Shown here: in pieces, positions 51,982 through 59,732 of the stretch
How the letters are laid out: each line of letters starts with the position of its first letter
Position numbering within the stretch: position 1 is the stretch's first letter
From: Candidatus Latescibacterota bacterium
Lineage (GTDB): Bacteria > Latescibacterota > UBA2968 > UBA8231
DNA: 64,000 nucleotides
Assembly: GCA_965204725.1 (NCBI GenBank)
Contig: OZ242005.1
Span: 5,216,001-5,280,000 of the forward strand
Direction: 5' to 3'
Translations under genes and position numbers: made by a program
Notes under the pieces: model-generated
What the model was told of the DNA's origin: nothing
Databases searched by the model: none
Seen by the model: the letters and a program-made list of their open reading frames with translations, nothing else

Positions 51982-52835
51982 GACGAGACCCGCCATATAC
52001 GCGGATTGGCGATGCGATCCAATCCCATAGAGACGAGGAACAAGCCGAGAAAAATCAGCACGATCATCGCGATCGGCGGTGCCCACCACCACCACATGCC
52101 CCGCAGCAGCGAGGTGTAGTACAAAGCCCAATAGATGGTCATCCCGAGCGTCGGCTCGTTTTGCGGCCCTAGCCCCAACGCTTCTAGCCCAATGGAAGCC
52201 AGCACGGCCGCGGCCACCGCGCTGACAAAGCTGGCCGCTAGATAGGGCAGCAGATTCGGCAGCAACTCGCGGGCGATGATTTCGAGGTCCCTCATGCCGG
52301 AGAGCCGCGCCACCTGCACGTAGGCGCGCTCGCGCATCGACAGCACCTGCGAGCGGATGGTGCGCGTCGGCAGCATCCACGCCAGCGAGGCCACCACGAG
52401 GGCCATCATATCGACGGTGACGGCCGTGCGCAGCGAAGTGGCCAGCACCACGAGAAACAGCAGGCCGGGCACGGTCAGCAGCACATCGGCGGCACCCCGG
52501 ATTAGGGTATCGACTAAGCCGCCGAAGTACCCGGCGAGGAAGCCGAGGACGATGCCAATCCCAAGCCCCACCGCGCCGGCGAGAAAGCCAACTCTGAGCG
52601 TGAGCGGCGTGCCGGTCACCATCACCGCGAGCAGGTCCCGCCCGGCCGCATCCGTGCCGAGCAGGTACTCCAGCGAAGGCGACAGGTTGGGTACGGCCGA
52701 GCCAACGTGCGCCAGATCCGTATCGACGAATAGGCCCCCCAGCGGGCCGAAGGCCAGCACTGCGAAAACGACGATTAAGCCGGCCGCAAGCTGGGGATGG
52801 CGGCGCGCTGCGGCCGCAATCGGCGAGAGGGTCAT
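51978..52835 (-). CDS. ABC permease (OppC/DppC-like)
   Basis: LGTD..GRD, R.IRSQVLS.RER.YV..AR, LLPN, GMWWWW. Confidence 0.92.
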   Translation of the reverse strand: MTLSPIAAAARRHPQLAAGLIVVFAVLAFGPLGGLFVDTDLAHVGSAVPNLSPSLEYLLGTDAAGRDLLAVMVTGTPLTLRVGFLAGAVGLGIGIVLGFLAGYFGGLVDTLIRGAADVLLTVPGLLFLVVLATSLRTAVTVDMMALVVASLAWMLPTRTIRSQVLSMRERAYVQVARLSGMRDLEIIARELLPNLLPYLAASFVSAVAAAVLASIGLEALGLGPQNEPTLGMTIYWALYYTSLLRGMWWWWAPPIAMIVLIFLGLFLVSMGLDRIANPRIWRVSS

Positions 52836-52936
52836 CAGGGGCAATCCACTTTTTTTGACTCCGCGTTAATTAAACCAGACAAAAAATTACCGATTATAAA
52901 TATAATTGGCAAAGTTGCTACCGAGTATCGGCCATG

Positions 52937-53938
52937 TCAGCGGCGGTAGGCAATGCGCGGGTCGAGGAGCGGGTAGATCAAGTCGAGGATCAGGGTGACC
53001 ACGGCGATGGCGAAGACGACCATGAGCACGACTCCATAGATGACGAAGTAGTCAAAAGTCTGCACGGCGCGGTACAGCACCGTGCCCACCCCTGGGTACG
53101 CGAACACCACCTCCACCAGCACGGCCCCAGACACGACGTAGCCCATGGCCAGCGCCAAGGCCGTGGTTTGCGGCAACAGAGCGTTGCGGAGAGCGTAGCG
53201 GAAGAAGATGGCGCGGCTCGTCAGCCCCCGAGCCTCGGCGTAGTTGACGTAGTCCTCGCCTTGGACGGTGACCATCATGCCGCGCATTGACAACGCCCAG
53301 AACCCCACCGACGACAGCGCGATCGACAAGGCGGGGACGATGGAGTGATAGAGCACGTCGAGGGTAAAGGCCCAGGTCGGCCCGGGCAGGGTTCCCAAGG
53401 TGAAGCCGCCGCCGAGGGGAAAGGCGCGCAGGGTGAACCCGAGGACAAAGACGAGCACTAGGCCGAGCAGGTAGTAGGGGATGGCCGATAGGGCGAGGAA
53501 GGGCGCGGCCCAGTAGTGCAGGGCATTCGGGGAGCGCGGCCAAGCGAGCAACGCGCCGAGCACTGTGCCGAGGGCAAAGGCAATCAGCGTTGCGGTGGTC
53601 AGCAGACCGAGCGTCCACGGCAGGGCGCGCAGGATAATATCGGAAGTGCGGCTGGGAAAGTTGGCGATGGAAATCCCAAAGTCGAGGCGGGCCACATCCC
53701 CGAGGTAGCGGAGGTACTGCTTCCATAGGGGCTGGTCGAGTCCAAAGCGGGCCTCGTACGTGGCGACTACTGCCTCCATGTCGGTCTTGCCCGCGCCGCC
53801 GAAGGAGACCGCTTGCAACAGCCGCTCGCGGATGGGGTTCACCGGGGCCAGCCGAGGCATTAGGAAGTTGATGGTGGCCCCCGCCCACACGATCAGGAAG
53901 AATACCCCGAGGCGGCGGAAGACGTAGTTGAGCGACAA
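52937..53938 (-). CDS. ABC permease (OppB/DppB-like)
   Basis: GLDQPL.KQY, DFG.S, RNALLP, VEVVFAYPG, LDPRI. Confidence 0.92.
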   Translation of the reverse strand: MSLNYVFRRLGVFFLIVWAGATINFLMPRLAPVNPIRERLLQAVSFGGAGKTDMEAVVATYEARFGLDQPLWKQYLRYLGDVARLDFGISIANFPSRTSDIILRALPWTLGLLTTATLIAFALGTVLGALLAWPRSPNALHYWAAPFLALSAIPYYLLGLVLVFVLGFTLRAFPLGGGFTLGTLPGPTWAFTLDVLYHSIVPALSIALSSVGFWALSMRGMMVTVQGEDYVNYAEARGLTSRAIFFRYALRNALLPQTTALALAMGYVVSGAVLVEVVFAYPGVGTVLYRAVQTFDYFVIYGVVLMVVFAIAVVTLILDLIYPLLDPRIAYRR

Positions 53939-53939
53939 G

Positions 53940-55082
53940 TCAGCGCGGCTCCAAGTCGAAGAAACCGAGGTCCTCGCGCACCGCGCCGCGGGCTACGTCC
54001 TCGTCGAGCGCGACGCCGAGACCGGGCGTTTGCGGCAAGGGAATCCGCCCGTTGGCGATTAGGTCGCGCTCCACCGTGAGGCTGTTCCACAGCTCGTTGT
54101 CGAGGTGGTGGAACTCCAGCACTTGAAAATTGGGGGAAGCCGCGCACGCATGGCACATAGCCACGGTGCCGATCGGGCTACAGATGTTGTGCGGCGAAAT
54201 CGGGATGTAGTAGATGTCGGCCAAGTCGGCGATGCGCCGCCCCTCGGACAGGCCGCCGGCCTTGGCCAGATCGGGAGCGATGATATCCGCGGCCTGCGTC
54301 TCGACCAACTCGCGGAACCCGTGGCGCGTGTACAGGTTTTCGCCCGTGCAGATCGGAGTGCGCGTCGCGGTCTTTACCTCCTTGAGCGCGGCGACGTTTT
54401 CGGCCGGAATTGGATCTTCCAACCACATCAAATTTAGCGCTTCAAAGGCATAGGCAACCTTGAGAATGTCGTGTGGCGCGTAGGCCCAGTGGGCGTCGAT
54501 GAGCAAATCCGTGTTGGGGTGCAACGCCTCGCGGATCGCCGTGACCACTTCGAGGTGGAAGGCGATGTCGCTGTTGCTCATGGTGCGGTTGTAGTGGTCG
54601 CGCCGGTCGGGCCGCGGATCAATGTCGAATTTGATGGCGTCAAAGCCGCGGGCTTCCACTTGCTTGGCCTTGGCGACCCAAGATTCGGGCTCGTCGAGCT
54701 CGTCGCCAGCGTGGCAGTCGTTGTACAGGCGAATCGAGTCGCGGTACGCGCCGCCCAGCAACTGCCAGATCGGCACGCCAATCGCCTGCCCGGCGATGTC
54801 CCACAGCGCCATCTCAATGCCGCTGATCGCGCTCATCACCGCCCCTTGGTAGTACCCCGATGCCGACATCGAGCTTTTCATGTCGCGGAAGAGTTTATCG
54901 ACGTTGCGCGGGTCTTGGCCGATGAGGGCGCGTTGGGTGAGGCGTTCATCCACGGCGATGTGGTGGACGCCCGCCCCGTGATAGGCTTCGCCGAGGCCGG
55001 TGATCCCCGCGTCGGTATGCACCCTGACCAGCACCCAAGGCATGGGTTGCAGTAGCACGGCACCCACCCCAACAATTTTCAT
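53940..55082 (-). CDS. Mandelate racemase/acid-sugar dehydratase-family enolase-superfamily enzyme
   Basis: TDAGITGLGE, ALWDIAG, KxD (IKFD), DAH, WLEDP, TGEN, PHN, PGLG. Confidence 0.9.
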   Translation of the reverse strand: MKIVGVGAVLLQPMPWVLVRVHTDAGITGLGEAYHGAGVHHIAVDERLTQRALIGQDPRNVDKLFRDMKSSMSASGYYQGAVMSAISGIEMALWDIAGQAIGVPIWQLLGGAYRDSIRLYNDCHAGDELDEPESWVAKAKQVEARGFDAIKFDIDPRPDRRDHYNRTMSNSDIAFHLEVVTAIREALHPNTDLLIDAHWAYAPHDILKVAYAFEALNLMWLEDPIPAENVAALKEVKTATRTPICTGENLYTRHGFRELVETQAADIIAPDLAKAGGLSEGRRIADLADIYYIPISPHNICSPIGTVAMCHACAASPNFQVLEFHHLDNELWNSLTVERDLIANGRIPLPQTPGLGVALDEDVARGAVREDLGFFDLEPR

Positions 55083-55252
55083 GCGCTAACCTCCCCGTCT
55101 GTCGGTAGCAAACCCCATCCTCAATACCAGCGCGCGACCTCGGTGCGCTGTTCGCAGCCATTGAATGAGGACGAGTGCCTTGTTACTATTGGACAAGGCC
55201 GCCAAAATATCGCCTCCCCTACTTTCCGTCAAGCGTTCTTAGGAGAACCGAC

Positions 55253-56086
55253 ATGATCCGACTCAACCAACAGCAACTCAACTTTTTCGACACCTTCGGC
55301 TACCTCGCGCTGCCGGGATTGATGGCCGACTGCATCGATGAGATCACCGCCGCCTTTGAGCAGGTTTGGGCCGAGCGCGGCGGGGGCCACGACGGCCAGC
55401 CGCACGACGGCCAACGGCGTTCCTGCATCGTGCCCTTTATCGATCAACACGAGCGCCTGTGCGCGTTGCTCGACGATCCGCGCATTGAGGGGTTGCTGGC
55501 CAGCCTGCTCGGCGACGACTTCAACTACAGCAGCTCCGACGGCAACTACTACGCCGGCGACACCCAATGGCATTCCGATGGCTACCAAAAGGAAGTGCGC
55601 CACGTCAAGATTGCCTTCTACCTCGACGACCTGACGCGCGACACCGGCTGCCTGCGCGTGATCCCGGGCAGCCATCGGCGCGGCGACCAATATGCCGAAG
55701 CACTCGAAGCGCATGCCCGCCAATCGCACACCCAGTGGGGCCTCGCCGGCGACCAAGTGCCGGCCGTCGCGCTCGAAATCGTCCGCGGCGACGTCGTCGT
55801 GTTTCAGCACAACCTCAAACACGCCGCCTTTGGAGGCGGCGGTCGGCGCCGCATGTTCACCATCAACTGCATGGTGCGCGTGCCCGACGAGCAGATCGAC
55901 CTCGTCAAACAAGACCTCGCCGGGCTGGCCCGCTTCTGGGCCGAGCGCGCGTACGGCGAAACCATGATCGCCACGGCGAGCGAACGCCGCATGGTGCATC
56001 TCGAACAGCGAATGGCCCACGACGGGCACCTCAAACAGCTAGCGGCGAAGGCGCGGTCGGAGATGGCCGAGCCTTCGCGGGGATAG
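55253..56086 (+). CDS. PhyH-family 2-oxoglutarate/Fe(II) dioxygenase
   Basis: FF.TFGYL, WHSD (HxD), G.LRVIPGSH, distal His in LKHAA; AGGAG ribosome-binding site. Confidence 0.9.
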   Translation: MIRLNQQQLNFFDTFGYLALPGLMADCIDEITAAFEQVWAERGGGHDGQPHDGQRRSCIVPFIDQHERLCALLDDPRIEGLLASLLGDDFNYSSSDGNYYAGDTQWHSDGYQKEVRHVKIAFYLDDLTRDTGCLRVIPGSHRRGDQYAEALEAHARQSHTQWGLAGDQVPAVALEIVRGDVVVFQHNLKHAAFGGGGRRRMFTINCMVRVPDEQIDLVKQDLAGLARFWAERAYGETMIATASERRMVHLEQRMAHDGHLKQLAAKARSEMAEPSRG

Positions 56087-56092
56087 GCCATT

Positions 56093-57019
56093 ATGAGCGA
56101 CCACTACGAATTCAAACTGGGGATTTACCTCGGCGAGCTACAACAGCCATTTGAGCAATCGCTGGCAACGGCGCGCGACCTCGGTGCGCGCTACGTCTGG
56201 TGCGGCACCCACTCGGCCAATCGCAGCCTGTACGAGCTTTCCGACGCCGAGATCGACCGATCCGCCGAGCAGGTGGCCGCGCACGGTCTCGAGTTTTTCC
56301 TGCTCGACAGCGCCGGGTTGTTCAAGACCGTGCACCTCGCCGAGCTCGAGCCGGGCAAAATGCTCGAACACGCCCAGTTCAAGGAGCACTTCGACAAACT
56401 AGACCGGTCAATGGAGGTCTCGGCTCGCTTGGGAATTGCCGCGGTCGGTTGCAGCAGCTTTGCGTGGCCGGCCGAGTACACCGGCGGCAAGCCGACTTGG
56501 CCGATGCGCTGGGCAACTCGGGGCGGCATCATCTCCGACGGCGACATGGAAAAGCTGGTCGAGGCGTTTTCGCGGTTCGCCGATCTCGCCGAGAAACGCG
56601 ACGTGGATATCGCCTTCCTGATGATGCAGTGGAACTACGGCAACACCAGCCGCAATTTCCGCCGCATCGTCGAGGCGGTCGGCTCGCGGCGGTTCAAGGT
56701 GCTGTGGTGCCCGGCGGACAACTACAACTGCGGCGAAATCGACAATGCCACCGCCGGGTTTGAAAACCTGCGCCCCTACTTGCACGGCGTCCACGCCAAA
56801 GACCTGCGCACCATAAACGGCTCAACGCTCGAATTCGAGTACGCGCCCATCGGCGAGGGCGACGTGGATTACCCGACGATCCTGCGCAACCTGCGCGACA
56901 ACCGCTGCGACGTCGTCTTGTCGATTGCAACCCATTTTCTGCCGGCAAGCGGCTCGCGCCTCGAAGCCATGCAGACGAACTACGCCAACATCCGCCGGCT
57001 AATCGGGGAGTTGTCCTAG
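56093..57019 (+). CDS. Sugar phosphate isomerase/epimerase-family TIM barrel protein
   Basis: HAKD, GEGDVDY; several acidic metal-ligand positions appear substituted (LMMQ, WCP, SIATH). Confidence 0.75.
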   Translation: MSDHYEFKLGIYLGELQQPFEQSLATARDLGARYVWCGTHSANRSLYELSDAEIDRSAEQVAAHGLEFFLLDSAGLFKTVHLAELEPGKMLEHAQFKEHFDKLDRSMEVSARLGIAAVGCSSFAWPAEYTGGKPTWPMRWATRGGIISDGDMEKLVEAFSRFADLAEKRDVDIAFLMMQWNYGNTSRNFRRIVEAVGSRRFKVLWCPADNYNCGEIDNATAGFENLRPYLHGVHAKDLRTINGSTLEFEYAPIGEGDVDYPTILRNLRDNRCDVVLSIATHFLPASGSRLEAMQTNYANIRRLIGELS

Positions 57020-57023
57020 TGGC

Positions 57024-57530
57024 CTAGTTTAAGTGCGCGAGAACCTCTGCCGGGGCGACTAAATCAAACTGATTCGAGCCAATATACATGTACTGGATCA
57101 CGCCGAGTTCATCGATGATAAACGTCGCGGGACGGGCAATGCTGTTGCGGAGGTTGCGGTCGGCCAAGCCGATGGAGTTGGACAACGAATAGCCGAGTTT
57201 GTCGGCGATGAACGTCGCCGGGCGGAAAATGTTGTACGCGAAATTGTGAACGGCTAGGCCAAACCAGTGATATACCCCATAGCTTTTGATGACGCTCTGG
57301 TCTGCGTCCAACAGAAGCGGATAGGTGATGCCGCCGCGCTCGGCATATTCGCGCAGTTCGCTGAGCGGCTGCCCGGCGGCGATGGCCATAGACGCTGCGT
57401 TGCGTTGGGTGCATGCGTCGAGGTGTTCTTGCACGGTCGCCAACTGACGACGGCTTCTCCTTCACCAAGTTCCCCGAAAAAACGTCAGGATGACGCGGCC
57501 TTTCCCTCTGCGCCCCGATCGTCTGGGCAT
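57024..57530 (-). CDS. AhpC/TSA peroxiredoxin-like protein with an in-frame UGA (putative selenocysteine), N-terminally truncated; possibly a pseudogene
   Basis: GKGRVILTFFRGTW-UGA(57464-57462)-RRSRRQL continues in frame into YPLLLDAD...YGV...RPATFIID..G.IQY. Confidence 0.7.
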
Positions 57531-57700
57531 GCTTGAGTATCGTCGAGGAAAAGTTGGTCGACGCCAGCGCTAAATGCGCGGCGCTGAGGGGCACCCCATA
57601 GACCGACTCGTCCCAGTTGCCCGAGGAGCGAATCAACCGCCTGACCTGTGTGTGGACCAGCCGGATGCGGACCGACTGCTTCCAACCGTCGGACTGCCGT
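57511..57700 (-). pseudogene. Internal fragment of an MpaB/DUF2236-type (rubber-oxygenase-like) protein
   Basis: Reads DGWKQSVRIRLVHTQVRRLIRSSGNWDESVYGVPLSAAHLALASTNFS; no intact N- or C-terminus. Confidence 0.55.
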
Positions 57701-57759
57701 GTAAATATAGCAATTCTACATCATTCAAGGTTAGCGGGAATCATTTAGGACTGCTATCG

Positions 57760-58436
57760 TCAGTTTAGATGGCGGCCGATGCGGCGGCTTATTGCGTCGT
57801 AGCTCAATCCCCGCTCGTGGATCTGGGCGATCTCGTGGACGATCTGCTTTTCCTTGAAGACGAGTATCCGGCCGGCCAAGCCGATGATCTCCGGCATGTC
57901 CGACGAGATCAAAATGATGGCCTTGCCTTCTTGGGCCGCCAAATCCCAGAGCAAGCGGTGAATTTGGGCCTTGGCTTGGATATCCACCCCAACAGTCGGC
58001 TCATCGACGATCAGGATATCGCAGCCGGCCGCCAGCCACTTGCCCAAGCTGACCTTCTGCTGATTGCCGCCGCTGAGGTGGCCTACTTCTTGGTCCAAGC
58101 CCGTCGTGCGAATATCCAGCGCGGCGACCATGGCCTGCGCGGCTTGGGTCTCGGCCCGGTCGTCAATCCGGCGCGTGAACTTGCCGACGATCCGCTCCCA
58201 TATTGTAATGCCGAGATTGGTGCGAACGGCTGAGTCCAGCAGCAGGCCCTCTTCTTTGCGGTTTTCGGTTACGTAGGCCATCCTGTGTTGGTACAGGCTG
58301 TCGGCCACCGAGCCGATCCGCGCTTTGACGCCGTGGATATAGACGGCACCCCGCTCGGCCGGCTCGGCCCCGACCAAGCCGTACAAGCCCAAAATCTCGC
58401 CCGCGTAGAGCGAAAAGCTCACGCCGTGCGCTCCCG
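57760..58436 (-). pseudogene. 3' half of a sugar (CUT2) ABC ATP-binding gene, truncated
   Basis: VSF....GEILG.YGLVGA, ENRKEEGL, LSGGNQQKV, DEPTVGVD, ISSDMPE; first NBD absent and GRTE segment missing after GLVGA. Confidence 0.8.
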
Positions 58437-59732
58437 TCAACAAGCGGTCATTAGGCCCGCCTGATACCCGCGCCTTACCTCGCGGCAGAACCTTTCGTAG
58501 TCGTTCAGAGATACGGGCCGGTAATGGGCTAAATCGTTGCGGATCTGCCGCGACCAACGCGCTAGGTGGGTCCACCGCCGTTCCCGCTCGAGCTTCGGGC
58601 AGTTCCACAGCAGCGATTCGAGATGGCCCCACTGACAGGCAAAGGGCGTATCTCGCACGGCCTGACGCTCGGTGTCAAGGTCCGGTTCTTGCCACTTATA
58701 GGGCCAATCTCGTCCATACAACCCGTTGAGGTGGGCGCATAACGCCAATCGCGCTTCGTCAATTTGGGGCAACAGCAGGCCAGCCTGACCGCGCCATAAG
58801 CGATGGTCTAAGGCTTCTTGTCGGTTGAGTTGGGCCAAGACCGCGCTGTGGCGTTGTAGGCCGTGTTCTAGCGTCCAATGCACCAGCCCCCGGGCCCAGA
58901 CTTGATACAAAGGAGCGGGCAAGGGCCAGCCCTCCTGCCGCGTCCCTTCTCGGGGCAGACCTTCCATGGACAACGCTTCTAACTCGGCCTTTGTCCAGCC
59001 GCGCTCCTCGGCAAAGGCCCGCAGCACGTCCGCCAATTCGGCACCCGTGCTGTACGCCTGAACCCATAAATAATCACCCAAGCCCAGATCCGACCCCGCA
59101 ATGGCTGGAATCACCCACTCTTTCCAACGGCTCAGGGGCGTAGAATCCTGCGCGGAGGCCAATTGACACAATAGCCGCATTTCCAAGGTCGTCGGGATGC
59201 CCCACCAGACGTGGACCGCCAACAATACATTGGTCGCGGGCGGCGGGGGCGGCACCTTCGACGCTGGGGCGAGGAGACACAGGGCCGGCAGCATTTTGGC
59301 CCGCTCTTCGTCGGTCGAGCGCCGGCCTTGGCACACTTCAGCCCACTGCACCATAAATTGCAGCCAACGCCTTCGGTCGTCTTCAGTTAGCTCGTCAAAA
59401 CCATCGAGAAACAGGACTTCGGGCAAGCCTGCTCGTCTCAGGAGATTCTCTACAGTGCGCGGCGCGGTGGAAGCACCCCAATCTATGCCCAGCGTTTGGG
59501 CCAGAGCCGCCGCAAGCATTTGCGCATCTAACTGGGGCGCGAAAACCTCATGGACCCGCAAATCCCGATATTCCAAACCGTTCAACAAATTCGACCGCAG
59601 CAGGCTGGGGTCCACTCCTTCGGGCAGCAGGCCCAACACGCTGCGACCCGACCGCAAGTCGTCCAATATCCGATCGAGCAGTTGCCGGACCGTGGGCATC
59701 TGTATGAGGGAGGTCGCCAGTCCCAAGCTCAT
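58437..59732 (-). CDS. Hypothetical protein: degenerate P-loop/STAND-like domain plus C-terminal HEPN-like motif
   Basis: GRSVLGLLPEG at the Walker A position, VLFLDGFDEL Walker B-like, RNDLAH at 58541-58524; ATGA overlap with the upstream gene. Confidence 0.7.
   Translation of the reverse strand: MSLGLATSLIQMPTVRQLLDRILDDLRSGRSVLGLLPEGVDPSLLRSNLLNGLEYRDLRVHEVFAPQLDAQMLAAALAQTLGIDWGASTAPRTVENLLRRAGLPEVLFLDGFDELTEDDRRRWLQFMVQWAEVCQGRRSTDEERAKMLPALCLLAPASKVPPPPPATNVLLAVHVWWGIPTTLEMRLLCQLASAQDSTPLSRWKEWVIPAIAGSDLGLGDYLWVQAYSTGAELADVLRAFAEERGWTKAELEALSMEGLPREGTRQEGWPLPAPLYQVWARGLVHWTLEHGLQRHSAVLAQLNRQEALDHRLWRGQAGLLLPQIDEARLALCAHLNGLYGRDWPYKWQEPDLDTERQAVRDTPFACQWGHLESLLWNCPKLERERRWTHLARWSRQIRNDLAHYRPVSLNDYERFCREVRRGYQAGLMTAC

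Noticed and set aside
49967-52380. Long N-terminal extensions on the ABC ATPases in the ORF track
   Set aside because: Artefacts of the first available start codon; coupled starts at 51001 and 51981 fit the family
58437-58632. N-terminal part of the 290-aa ORF as a real sugar-ABC fusion
   Set aside because: It is an alternative frame of the HEPN-like gene's 3' end; ABC similarity begins only near 58430
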